A stretch of DNA of 64,000 bases from an uncultured Candidatus Saccharibacteria bacterium (lineage in GTDB: Bacteria > Patescibacteriota > Minisyncoccia > UBA6257 > 1-14-0-10-44-23): the NCBI GenBank assembly GCA_964549935.1, contig CAZJVT010000001.1, positions 155,922 to 219,921 of the forward strand. The letters run 5' to 3'. Below the pieces are notes generated by a model. That model was not told the origin of the DNA, ran no database searches, and saw nothing but the letters and a program-made list of their open reading frames with translations. How positions within the stretch are numbered: the first letter of the stretch is position 1; every line of letters starts with the position of its first letter. Both the position numbers and the translations under genes were made by a program. This document shows positions 1 to 8,979 of the stretch, in pieces.

Positions 1-142
1 GATTGCAGCTTACGTCCGTAATATTGACGACTCTTTCGATGGCACGCTTGGTGGTAGCCCAAACGACACAGCCCCGGCGGATTATCGCTTAGTCGAATTG
101 CAGGTGAGTTGTCCGTCCTGTTATAACTTCGTAACGCAAACA

Positions 143-1477
143 ATGACGACCTGGGCCGCGCCGCAGAATCTTGAGAGCAGCACAAAGAATGGTTCGCTGT
201 TTATTAACGTATTTGATTCTAACGGGAACCCTGTTTCCGGTGCTAACGTGCTGGTAAAGAACACGAGCACAACCCCGACGATTACCATCACCGACACAAC
301 CAACAATAGCGGTACGCTCCAGCTTGTTGACATCCCAACCAGCACCAACGCCTATCAAATTACCATAACAAAACCGAATTACTCTTCGGCGAAGACATAC
401 CCACCGGGCGGAGCAGGCAATACTAATCCGGTGCAGCCGCACGCGACTATCGCCAGTCAGCAGATTACGGCGATTAGTTTTGGTATCGACAAGGTGTCCG
501 AAATTGATGTCACTACGCGTGACCAATACTGTGCCGCCGTCGGGTCAATCGATTTTACGCAAAACGGCGGGAAGCTCATCGGTGCCTCGCCGGATGTTTT
601 GAAGTATAGCCAGGCATTTACGACAAACAGCAGCGGAGTCGCGAATCGGACCGGGCTGGAGTGGGACAACTATTCGTTTAGTAACACCGACACGAGCTAT
701 GACGTCGCCGGAAGCATTCCACTGCTGCCGATTTCTTTGCCGGCCAACACGACGACCAGCTTGAGCTTCTTGATGGAGCCGAAAGCTTCATCGAGTTTGC
801 TGGTTACGGTTACCGATGCTTCTAGTACTCCGATCTTGGGGGCGACCGTTAATCTAACTAAGTCAGGTTTTAATGATACGAAGCAGACAGGGGAGAGGAC
901 TTTTGGTGAGACGACTTGGGTTGGTGGTACATATACTAATCAAGACGGAACCGTTGATGCCAATACGCCTGGGCAACTCTCTATCGTGCAAATTGGAGGT
1001 AGCACGTATCCGACAAGTACCAACAGTTGGCTCGTCTCTAATACGCTGGACTTTGGTACCGCTAACGTGACACTGCATCAGCTCTCGTTTAATCCGGCCG
1101 CGCAGCCAAATAATACAACGCTGCAGATCCAAATCGCGACAAGCAACAGTACGGCCGGGCCCTGGACCTACGTCGGTCCGAATGGTACAGCCTCGACGTA
1201 TTACACCGTGAATGCACCGATTAATGCGGTTAATAACGGACAGAGATATCTACGCTACAAGGTATTCTTAAATACTATCGACCAAACGGCGACGCCGACA
1301 CTGGCGGATATCAATATTACTTTTGAATCTGACTGCATACCGGAGGGGCAGGCATTTTGGGCAGGCATACCCACAGGAGCCTACAGCGCAACGGTCAGTA
1401 AATCCGGCTACACAACGGCGACCAGCACCATTTCCGTCGGTTCCGGCTGGCAGGAGGCGAAGGTCGTTTTACCGTAA
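143..1477 (+). CDS. Thr/Ser/Asn-rich secreted surface protein with repeated carboxypeptidase-regulatory-like beta-sandwich motifs. The reading frame is open to the window 5' end, so it may be a 3' partial of a longer gene.
   Basis: Long ORF in frame 2 with no stop from nt 2. Repeated motifs (GANVLVKNTS..TDTTNNSGTLQL..YQITITKPNY, ATVNLTKSGF..TDxxG, YSATVSKSGYTT) are typical of CarbopepD_reg-like domains. An ATG at 143 is preceded by a TATAACTTCGTAACG motif that is also found upstream of the next gene. Confidence 0.5.
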   Translation: MTTWAAPQNLESSTKNGSLFINVFDSNGNPVSGANVLVKNTSTTPTITITDTTNNSGTLQLVDIPTSTNAYQITITKPNYSSAKTYPPGGAGNTNPVQPHATIASQQITAISFGIDKVSEIDVTTRDQYCAAVGSIDFTQNGGKLIGASPDVLKYSQAFTTNSSGVANRTGLEWDNYSFSNTDTSYDVAGSIPLLPISLPANTTTSLSFLMEPKASSSLLVTVTDASSTPILGATVNLTKSGFNDTKQTGERTFGETTWVGGTYTNQDGTVDANTPGQLSIVQIGGSTYPTSTNSWLVSNTLDFGTANVTLHQLSFNPAAQPNNTTLQIQIATSNSTAGPWTYVGPNGTASTYYTVNAPINAVNNGQRYLRYKVFLNTIDQTATPTLADINITFESDCIPEGQAFWAGIPTGAYSATVSKSGYTTATSTISVGSGWQEAKVVLP

Positions 1478-1496
1478 AACGTATAACTTGTAACGT

Positions 1497-2159
1497 ATGA
1501 AAAAACAGAATCAACAAGAAAAGAACTCTCCGACGTTACACGTTGCGCGTTCTACGCTCCACGCCTCTCGGGGTTTCACGATTCTTGAGCTTGTCATTTC
1601 GATGGCGATTACTATGTTTATCGCGATTCTCTTTGTTCGTCTCGCGCGCGACACGACTGATTCGACTGTCCGGTTCAACAACCAATTATTAACGCAGCAG
1701 CAAATAGAGCAGACACTTCAGCTGATTGTGCCGGAGATCAGGAGTATCTCGCAGGGGATTGACGGAGCCTATCCCGTTGCGCAGGCGACGACAAGCACGT
1801 TTCAGTTCTATAGCGACATCGACGGCGACGGCAAGATTGAAAAAGTTCAGTATTTCATCGCGAGCAGCACCATTTTGCGTAAAGGCGTTATTCGGCCGAG
1901 CGGCAGTCCGGCGGGCTACGCAACGAGTAGCGAGGTTTTCTATGACGAGGTCTCCGGGCTCATTTCCGGTAGCCAGGTGTTTGCTTACTATGACTCCGGA
2001 GCGACAAGTTCTGCTTCGACGGCGCTGCCGAGCCCTATCGATGTTCTCAAAGTTAAGACGATCAAGATTACTATCGTTGCTGATCAGGGTACGCCGGGGC
2101 ATCCGTCGCTCGTTGGTTCCGAGACCTCCGCCACTATCCGTAACCTCCGATACAAATGA
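1497..2159 (+). CDS. Type IV pilin-like protein (minor pilin/pseudopilin) with a prepilin N-terminal cleavage/methylation motif after a 26-aa leader.
   Basis: N-terminus MKKQNQQEKNSPTLHVARSTLHASRG|FTILELVISMAITMFIAIL has the G-FT(L/I)xE class III signal plus a hydrophobic helix. Confidence 0.7.
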   Translation: MKKQNQQEKNSPTLHVARSTLHASRGFTILELVISMAITMFIAILFVRLARDTTDSTVRFNNQLLTQQQIEQTLQLIVPEIRSISQGIDGAYPVAQATTSTFQFYSDIDGDGKIEKVQYFIASSTILRKGVIRPSGSPAGYATSSEVFYDEVSGLISGSQVFAYYDSGATSSASTALPSPIDVLKVKTIKITIVADQGTPGHPSLVGSETSATIRNLRYK

Positions 2160-2197
2160 ACACAAACGTAAAATGTGTAACGTGTAACGTGCAACAT

Positions 2198-3700
2198 ATG
2201 AAAAAACAAAAAGAGAATCAAATAAGAAATGCCCCTTCTACGTTGCACGTTGCACGTTCAACGTTACGCGGACAGCGCGGGCAACTTTCGTTGCAGGTGC
2301 TCATCCTCGGTTCCATAGCAACGGTGCTCATTGCCGGGTTTGTACTCTGGGCACAGGGATTTGTAACAAACGTCGGGCGCGGGGGGATGAAAGCCCAGGC
2401 GTTTACTATCGCCGAGGCAGGTATCGAATACTATCGCTGGCACCTGGCGCATTCGCCACTTGATTTTACTGATGGTCAGAGCGCTTCTACGACGCAGCCG
2501 TACGTGCATCCATATTACGACAAAAACGGTAATCGTCTCGGACAGTTCGAGCTTGTAATTACGAAGCCGGCCACGGGCTCGACTATAGTCGTTATCCAAT
2601 CGACCGGCAAGGTAGACGCGGATTCGACGATTAAAAAAATCATTAAGATTAAAATGGGTTTGCCGTCACTCGCACGTTTTTCCGCGGCGAGTAATGCCGA
2701 TATTCGTTTTGGCTCCGGTACGGTTGTTTATGGCGAGCTGCACAGTAATGGCGGCATCCGTTTTGACGGCACCGCTTACAACAAAGTTACCAGCGCGAAG
2801 TCGACGTATGATGACCCGGACCACAGCGGCTCCAGCGAATTCGGTGTGCACACTCATGTTGCACCGGTTGACCCGATACCGCCGACGACGGTGCCGGTTC
2901 GCACCGACGTGTTCAAGGCGGGAAGACAATTCCCGGTGCCGGCGCTCGATTTTAACGGCATCACGCAGGATCTCGCCAATTTGAAGTCGCTTGCAACCTC
3001 GACGAGCGGGTATTACAAGGGCCCGTCCGGGGGTACTAACAAAGGATACGATATCGTTTTGAAAACAAACGATACCTTTGATATTTACCGCGTCAATTCC
3101 GTCGTTTCGCTTTCCAGTACCTGCGTTAGCAACAGTTCGCATGCCGATAGTTTCTGGGGTTCCTGGTCAATTAATTCTGAAACATTGCTCGCGAGCAACG
3201 TGCCTTTTCCGTCGAACGGCATCATCTTTATCGAAGATGACCTCTGGGTACGTGGACAAATTGATACAGCCCGACTGACAATCGCCGCCGCCCGATTCCC
3301 GGTCAATGCTTCAACTTATGCGAGCATCACGACTAACGCCGATCTGCGCTACACAAATTATGACGGACAAGATGTGCTTGCGCTCATTGCACAAAATCAC
3401 GTGAACGTTGGTTTTAATAGTAATAACACGCTCAATGTTGATGCTGCGCTCGTTGCGCAAAACGGGCGAGTCGGTCGCTACTATTACGCCTCTGCGTGCG
3501 GCAGCAACTACATCCGCAATGCCGTAAACCTCTATGGAATGATCGCCACTAACCAGCGCTATGGTTGGGCGTACACCGACGGGACCGGGTATCAAACCAG
3601 AACGATTACGTATGACGGTAACCTGCTCTATGGTCCGCCGCCGAGTTTCCCGATTACCGCGAGCCAGTACGATATTATTTCGTGGGAAGAGGTGCAGTAG
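2198..3700 (+). CDS. Large pilus-associated pseudopilin / PilX-like protein with a long leader and N-terminal hydrophobic helix.
   Basis: The start at 2198 (MKKQKENQ..) is chosen by parallel with the upstream gene. Leader ..PSTLHVARSTLRGQRG|QLSLQVLILGSIATVLIAGFVLWAQ is pilin-like, but the +5 residue is Q, not E. The rest is a 500-aa soluble body. Confidence 0.5.
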   Translation: MKKQKENQIRNAPSTLHVARSTLRGQRGQLSLQVLILGSIATVLIAGFVLWAQGFVTNVGRGGMKAQAFTIAEAGIEYYRWHLAHSPLDFTDGQSASTTQPYVHPYYDKNGNRLGQFELVITKPATGSTIVVIQSTGKVDADSTIKKIIKIKMGLPSLARFSAASNADIRFGSGTVVYGELHSNGGIRFDGTAYNKVTSAKSTYDDPDHSGSSEFGVHTHVAPVDPIPPTTVPVRTDVFKAGRQFPVPALDFNGITQDLANLKSLATSTSGYYKGPSGGTNKGYDIVLKTNDTFDIYRVNSVVSLSSTCVSNSSHADSFWGSWSINSETLLASNVPFPSNGIIFIEDDLWVRGQIDTARLTIAAARFPVNASTYASITTNADLRYTNYDGQDVLALIAQNHVNVGFNSNNTLNVDAALVAQNGRVGRYYYASACGSNYIRNAVNLYGMIATNQRYGWAYTDGTGYQTRTITYDGNLLYGPPPSFPITASQYDIISWEEVQ

Positions 3701-3954
3701 TCGCAGATGCCTGAAACCTATGCGGCCGGCATGGGCCCACCGCAAGCGGATGTGCCGGACAGCATAGGTTTCAGGCAGCAGCTCCCGAAAGGTGGCGCAG
3801 CGCGGGAGGTGGCCGGTTTTACCGGCTTTTTATTCACTGTAGGAGGAGCCAAGAATTGGCCTAGATAGTTATTCACACGCCTATTTTCTTCTACTTTGCT
3901 ATACTTATCTCATACAAGAAAGGTCGAGGCCTTCCTATAGTTAATTTACATTCA

Positions 3955-4401
3955 ATGAAAAACCAGAAAGGTTTCACGCTTATCGAATTGCTCGTAGTCA
4001 TCGGTATTATCGCCATTTTGGCCTCCGTGGTCATCGTTGCCTTGAACCCGGCTCGTCAGTTCGCTCAAGCTCGTAACACGCAGCGCAGCTCAAACGTCAA
4101 CGCTATCTTGAACGCTATCGGCCAGAACATGGCTGATAACCGAGGTAACTGGACGTGTGCTGCCGGTGCTTTGCCGACTTCGACGACCAACATGGCGTCG
4201 TCAGGCGGTTACAACATCTTGGCTTGCATTGTCCCGACCTACATTTCTGTAATGCCGATTGATCCTACGACCGGTACTTACACCAATGATTCGACCTACA
4301 ACACCGGTTACTCGGTGGCGCAGGACTCGCAGGGACGCGTAACGGTTTCTGCTCCGGCAACGGAACAGCCGCTTACGACCCCGATTGCAGTTACTCGCTA
4401 A
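3955..4401 (+). CDS. Type IV major pilin.
   Basis: MKNQKG|FTLIELLVVIGIIAILASVVIVALNP is a canonical prepilin leader, cleavage site and E+5. A conserved Cys pair lies in the C-terminal half. A terminator follows. Confidence 0.8.
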   Translation: MKNQKGFTLIELLVVIGIIAILASVVIVALNPARQFAQARNTQRSSNVNAILNAIGQNMADNRGNWTCAAGALPTSTTNMASSGGYNILACIVPTYISVMPIDPTTGTYTNDSTYNTGYSVAQDSQGRVTVSAPATEQPLTTPIAVTR

Positions 4402-4421
4402 TCGCAAGTATTGTTATCAAC

Positions 4422-4452
4422 ACAAAAGGCCCTTGCGGGCCTTTTGTGTTTT
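4422..4452 (+). terminator. Rho-independent terminator after the first pilin gene.
   Basis: aaaaggccc-ttgc-gggcctttt hairpin followed by gtgtttt. Confidence 0.7.
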
Positions 4453-4497
4453 GGAGTATTGGGAGTATACTGAATGCACTATTATAACTTTATATAT

Positions 4498-4950
4498 ATG
4501 AAGAAAAACAGCGGTTTCACACTCATCGAATTATTAGTCGTTATCGGTATTATCGCCATTTTGGCCTCCGTGGTCATCGTTGCCTTGAACCCGGCTCGTC
4601 AGTTCGCTCAAGCTCGTAACACGCAGCGCAGCTCAAACGTTAACGCAATTCTTAACGCTATCGGCCAGAATATGGTTGATAACCGAGGTTTGTGGACGTG
4701 TGCTGCCGGTGCTTTGCCGACTTCGACGACGGTTCTCGGAACCGGTGCAGGTAAGTACGATATCGTAGACTGTATCGTCCCGACCTATATCTCAATCTTG
4801 CCGATTGACCCGACGACCGGAACTTTCACGAGCACCTCAAGCTACAGCGCCGGTTACGCTGTCATCAAAGACGCAACGACCGGTCGCATCACGGTTTCCG
4901 CTCCAGACACCGAGCAGCCGCTTACCGAAGATATCTCGGTGACTCGTTAA
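4498..4950 (+). CDS. Type IV major pilin, a tandem paralog of 3955..4401.
   Basis: MKKNSG|FTLIELLVVIGIIAILA... The first ~58 codons are near-identical at DNA level to 3967-4130 and the C-terminal half diverges. An in-frame upstream ATG at 4474 is less likely to be the start. Confidence 0.8.
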   Translation: MKKNSGFTLIELLVVIGIIAILASVVIVALNPARQFAQARNTQRSSNVNAILNAIGQNMVDNRGLWTCAAGALPTSTTVLGTGAGKYDIVDCIVPTYISILPIDPTTGTFTSTSSYSAGYAVIKDATTGRITVSAPDTEQPLTEDISVTR

Positions 4951-4961
4951 CACGTCTTTCA

Positions 4962-4995
4962 CAAAAAAGCCCCCGTTCGGGGCTTTTTTGTTTCT
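4962..4995 (+). terminator. Rho-independent terminator after the second pilin gene.
   Basis: aaaaaagccccg-ttc-ggggctttttt hairpin plus T-run. Confidence 0.7.
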
Positions 4996-5168
4996 GAGCT
5001 CACTTTGCTATGCTATTATTTTGGTAATAAGATCTTTCATTAAACGGCATACACTCGGGAGCGAATCTCGTTAGAAATGGGGATGTTTTAGTAAGGCGCT
5101 GCCTGTGATTATTATTTAGGAGTGCTATAGTATCGAAAATAGTATTAACATTTTAGATTTCTAACAGG

Positions 5169-5813
5169 ATGAAAAATCGCAAAGACTACATATCCGACAA
5201 GAACCTCTTTACTAAGGATTTGCCGGGGCTCTCGCAAAAGATGCTCGAGCAGCACTTTAAGCTGTATGAGGGATACGTGAAGAAGAGTAATGAGATTCAG
5301 ACGAAGGTTGATTCGGCGGACAAGAGCGAGGCGAATGGTGTGTACAGCTTTATTGGTGAACTGAAGCGCCAGGAGACCTTCGCGGTTAACGGCATGAAAC
5401 TACACGAGGTGTACTTCGGCCACTTACAGGGCGACGGCGACATATCAAAGGCACCGGAGTTAGCGGCAATGATTGAGAAAGATTTCGGTTCCGTGGACGC
5501 CTGGAAGGAGGAGATGCTGGCAACCGGTATGAGCGCCCGCGGGTGGTCGATTACCGCCTTTGATTATCGCGACAATCGGCTGCACGTGTATGGCAGCGAC
5601 GGACACAACGTCGGCGCAGTCTGGGGCGCGGTACCCGTCATTGTCTTAGATGTCTACGAACACGCCTACTTTATTGATTACGGCATCAGCCGCAAGGCGT
5701 ACATAGATACCTTTTTCCAGAATTTAGACTGGAAGTTTGCGGGAGAAATCGTCGCTGAATACGGACTTACTGCTCGATACGGCAAGGAGCGTGCGCAGAA
5801 TAGCGCGCAGTAA
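5169..5813 (+). CDS. sodA: Fe/Mn superoxide dismutase family protein, possibly divergent in the N-terminal metal-ligand region.
   Basis: C-terminal signature VLDVYEHAYFIDY matches the D-x-W-E-H-A-Y-Y SOD motif. GMKLHEVYFGHL and GWSITAF resemble other SOD blocks. The N-terminal HHxKHH block is reduced to QHFKLYEGYV. Confidence 0.55.
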   Translation: MKNRKDYISDKNLFTKDLPGLSQKMLEQHFKLYEGYVKKSNEIQTKVDSADKSEANGVYSFIGELKRQETFAVNGMKLHEVYFGHLQGDGDISKAPELAAMIEKDFGSVDAWKEEMLATGMSARGWSITAFDYRDNRLHVYGSDGHNVGAVWGAVPVIVLDVYEHAYFIDYGISRKAYIDTFFQNLDWKFAGEIVAEYGLTARYGKERAQNSAQ

Positions 5814-6638
5814 TTAGAGCTGCATCGGCTTCTTGCCGTCCGGCTGGATTTCGGTGAGCACGAGCTTGCCGTCTTTAAGGTTCGCAGCAAGCAGTTTGAC
5901 TCGCTTGCCCTCAAAGCCAGGGAGATTCATAGTCCAGACAGAGGGCTCCGGGTTAAAGGCGCGGATTTTATTGTAGATAGTTTTTGGGTCGTTTTTGACC
6001 ATATCCACCTCGCCTTCAGCGGTCGTGAATTTACGAGTAAAGGTTGCCCGGGAGTGGTCCTGTTCGCGCGGCGTTATCTCGCCGGAGATAAATTTCGGCA
6101 GTGTTTCGGTGAGGAGCGCTCCGGCAGCCGCGGCGCACTTTTTTTCGAGCGAGGTGTTTGTCTCGTTATCTGCAATTTGCACTTTGCAATCCGCAATTAT
6201 TTCCCCGTGGTCCATCTTAACGTCCATCAGGTATAAGGCCACGCCGGTTTCTTTTTCGTCAGCAAGTAGCACAGACTGCATTGGGCTAGCGCCTCGGTAT
6301 TTTGGCAGGAGTGACGGGTGAACGCCGATAGTGCCTAGGCGCGGGAGGTCTAAAAGGCCTTGGCCGATAATCTGCGGGTAGCCCATAACTATAAAAAAAT
6401 CAGCATTCAGTTTTTGAAGTTCCGGTATGATATCCGAGGCTTTTTCAGGTTGCAAAATCTTGATGGGCCAGCCTTTTTCAGTAATCAGTTGCTTGACGGC
6501 CGGAGGAGTCAGTATCTTTTTGCGGCCGGCCGGGCGATCAGGGCTGCAGACAATGGCGGCGGGCATAAAGCCACTTTCAACGAGCCGATTTAAAATATCA
6601 GCCGAAACGTGGAAGCTGCCGAAGTATACAAAGTTCAT
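5814..6638 (-). CDS. fmt: Methionyl-tRNA formyltransferase.
   Basis: HPSLLPKYRGASPMQ and the N-terminal formyltransferase fold motifs; sits downstream of def on the same strand. Confidence 0.9.
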   Translation of the reverse strand: MNFVYFGSFHVSADILNRLVESGFMPAAIVCSPDRPAGRKKILTPPAVKQLITEKGWPIKILQPEKASDIIPELQKLNADFFIVMGYPQIIGQGLLDLPRLGTIGVHPSLLPKYRGASPMQSVLLADEKETGVALYLMDVKMDHGEIIADCKVQIADNETNTSLEKKCAAAAGALLTETLPKFISGEITPREQDHSRATFTRKFTTAEGEVDMVKNDPKTIYNKIRAFNPEPSVWTMNLPGFEGKRVKLLAANLKDGKLVLTEIQPDGKKPMQL

Positions 6639-6639
6639 A

Positions 6640-6700
6640 GTAGTTAGTAGTTAGTAGATAGTAGATAGGGCATGGGATTTCGAGTTGCTTACTACTGTCT
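6640..6700. repeat. Simple tandem repeats in the def-fmt intergenic region.
   Basis: tagtagt tagtagt tagtagatagtagatag, followed by two copies of ttactactgtctac. Confidence 0.5.
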
Positions 6701-7214
6701 ACTTACTACTGTCTACTTTTCCCTGGAGACGTTCGGTCACGGCTATGGCGCGAGTTTTCTTTGCTTTGTCGGCGTACAAAATGCCATTTGTGTGATCAGT
6801 CTCATGCTGGAAGATGTGCGCCAAAATGCCCCAGGCTTTTATTTTTATTTTCTTGCCATTTTTGTCCTGGCCTTCAATCACTAATTTTTCGTAACGGGGG
6901 ACGTCGCCGTACTGGCCGGGTATTGAGAGGCAGCCTTCTTCCATTAAAACTGGGTCGCCCTCTGTTTTAGTAATCTTTGGATTAAAGATGGCATAAAACT
7001 TACCACCCTCCGGCGGCTGCGCGACGAAAAATGCCTCGTTGCTGCCAATCTGTGTTGAAGCAAGCCCGATGCCGTGCCACTCGTGCATTTTGACGCGCAT
7101 CTCCTTAATCATGGCGCTGATTTCGGTTTTGGTGTGTTTCGTAAAATCAAAAGGCTTGCACTTTTTGTGCAATAACTTTTCGTGCTCCGGGTTGTGGATA
7201 GTGTGTAGTTCCAT
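6699..7214 (-). CDS. def: Peptide deformylase.
   Basis: GIGLASTQIG, EGCLSIPG and HETDH motifs. Confidence 0.9.
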   Translation of the reverse strand: MELHTIHNPEHEKLLHKKCKPFDFTKHTKTEISAMIKEMRVKMHEWHGIGLASTQIGSNEAFFVAQPPEGGKFYAIFNPKITKTEGDPVLMEEGCLSIPGQYGDVPRYEKLVIEGQDKNGKKIKIKAWGILAHIFQHETDHTNGILYADKAKKTRAIAVTERLQGKVDSSK

Positions 7215-7504
7215 TACTTTCTGATTTTAATCATTTTGTTTTCTTCGCGGAGGTTCCGGACGACGCTCATAAAGTAAGCTCCCAGATTTTGGACATCTTT
7301 GCGCTCTGCGATATCCTTGGCGATTGAAAGGATGCGGTCCGGGCCGTACTCCTTCACATATTTAATATACAATGCCTTGTGCGGTATGTCGTGTAAAATT
7401 GCGGCCACCTCCAAGCCAATTAGTTGGAATTCCTGGCTGATATTGCTCTTCGAGGCTCGCTTTTGAAGGGTTTTAAGGTACCCGCTACCGCTGACTGCTT
7501 CCAT
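7214..7504 (-). CDS. Hypothetical small protein upstream of def, possibly DNA-binding; start codon uncertain.
   Basis: The ORF stop overlaps the def start by 1 nt (translational coupling). Longer in-frame starts at 7624 and 7660 would overlap the divergent ctpA start. Confidence 0.35.
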   Translation of the reverse strand: MEAVSGSGYLKTLQKRASKSNISQEFQLIGLEVAAILHDIPHKALYIKYVKEYGPDRILSIAKDIAERKDVQNLGAYFMSVVRNLREENKMIKIRK

Positions 7505-7628
7505 GGCATCTATCTTAGAGAAATAATACCAAAACAGCAACTGTAGTAGTTTTGCGTTGCGAGACTTAGTCCGACTTCGTGACGAAAAGCAAATCGTAGA
7601 AACTACTCTGTATGGTATACTCATTCGT

Positions 7629-8891
7629 ATGCCTAAAATGAAGTCATTTTTAAGAGACAATCTCCCGGTTGCGATCAGCGCGATTTTAATTTTTGTCGCC
7701 CTTACTGTTGGTGGATATTACATTGGATATAAACGAGGGGCCGTGAGTTCTACGACAACTGCGACGACCGAAGGTGCCGCGGCGCAGGCAGATTACAGCG
7801 TGTATTGGCAAGCTTGGAAAGTTTTGAAAGATAATCACATCGATGCCGCTAAGAAAACCGACAAAGACTTTATGTATGGTTCGATCGCCGGCCTTACACA
7901 GGCCCTGGGTGACCCGCACACTGTGTTTTTCCCGCCCGAAGATGGCAAGAGCTTTGCCGAGCAGGTTAACGGTAGTTTCGGCGGCATCGGAGCTGAAATC
8001 GGCGAGAAAGACGGACTCATCAGTGTCGTTGCTCCACTTAAAGGCAGTCCAGCTGAGAAGGCCGGTATTCTTGCGGGTGACATAATCTTAAAGATCGGCG
8101 CAACGAGCACCGAAAATCTGGACGTTAATCACGCGGTCAATATGATTCGCGGCGAAATCGGAACCAAAGTCATTCTGAATGTCTTCCGCAAAGAAAAGTG
8201 GATCCAGCCGCGCGACATTACTATCGTTCGTGACCGCATTGAGCTGCCGACACTTGATACGACGTACTACGATAAGAATAAGATTGCTGATTTGCAGCTC
8301 TACGCCTTTAACGCCAACGCGCCGGTCAAGTTTTACCAGGCAGCGACTGATATGTTGCTCAAAGGTACGAAAGGGATTATTTTGGACCTACGCAACGATC
8401 CGGGAGGATTTTTGGATGTAGCACACGACATTGCCGGGTGGTTCGTTGACCGCGGCACGCTCGTTGTCTCCGAGCGCAGAAAGAATGGGCCCGACGAGAC
8501 TTTGCTCGCTACCGGCAATGGTGCGCTCAAAAAGTTACCGGTTGTTATTTTGATGAACCGAGGTTCGGCTTCGGCCTCCGAAATTCTTGCTGGTGCTTTG
8601 CGCGACACGCGTGATGCTAAAATCGTCGGCGAAAAGAGTTATGGCAAAGGAACGGTGCAAGAGGTTATGGACTTAAAGGATGGCAGCAGCTTGAAAGTCA
8701 CGATCGCGCACTGGGTGATGCCGAAGGGCAAGATTTTGGACCACAATGGTATCGACCCGGACTACGTTGTACTTCCGACAGATGATGATATAAAGAATAA
8801 GAAAGACGTGCAGCTTGAAAAGGCGCTGGAGATTCTCCGCGCGCAGATTAACGGGACTCCGCTTCCGCCTGCCGTTGCCGCGACGAAGTAA
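7629..8891 (+). CDS. ctpA: Carboxy-terminal processing protease (S41 family) with a PDZ domain and an N-terminal membrane anchor.
   Basis: PDZ block GGIGAEIG..GSPAEKAGILAGDIILKIG; S41 blocks LILDLRNDPGGFL and LMNRGSASASEILAGALRD. Confidence 0.85.
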   Translation: MPKMKSFLRDNLPVAISAILIFVALTVGGYYIGYKRGAVSSTTTATTEGAAAQADYSVYWQAWKVLKDNHIDAAKKTDKDFMYGSIAGLTQALGDPHTVFFPPEDGKSFAEQVNGSFGGIGAEIGEKDGLISVVAPLKGSPAEKAGILAGDIILKIGATSTENLDVNHAVNMIRGEIGTKVILNVFRKEKWIQPRDITIVRDRIELPTLDTTYYDKNKIADLQLYAFNANAPVKFYQAATDMLLKGTKGIILDLRNDPGGFLDVAHDIAGWFVDRGTLVVSERRKNGPDETLLATGNGALKKLPVVILMNRGSASASEILAGALRDTRDAKIVGEKSYGKGTVQEVMDLKDGSSLKVTIAHWVMPKGKILDHNGIDPDYVVLPTDDDIKNKKDVQLEKALEILRAQINGTPLPPAVAATK

Positions 8892-8979
8892 CAGGCACTA
8901 TCTTAGCAGTATCTTTTCTCCGCTTTGCTAGATAGCGGCCATTGCGATTCGAGTATCAATAAGGTAAGGTAAAAACTAT

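Noticed and set aside
1689-2187. Overlapping ORFs (158 aa on the minus strand, 153 aa on the plus strand) across the 1497-2159 pseudopilin gene.
   Set aside because: Arg-rich alternate-frame translations. The pilin frame has the diagnostic prepilin motif.
1478-2290. GTAACGT / ACGTTGC tandem motifs considered as a CRISPR-like or mini-satellite array.
   Set aside because: The units are only 7 nt, lie inside or immediately upstream of coding sequence, and have no spacer structure. They are better explained as a regulatory or leader-peptide repeat.
7557-7628. N-terminal extension of ctpA from the first in-frame ATG at 7557.
   Set aside because: The extension is hydrophilic and overlaps the divergent upstream ORF. 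MPKMKSF at 7629 gives a normal signal-anchor start.
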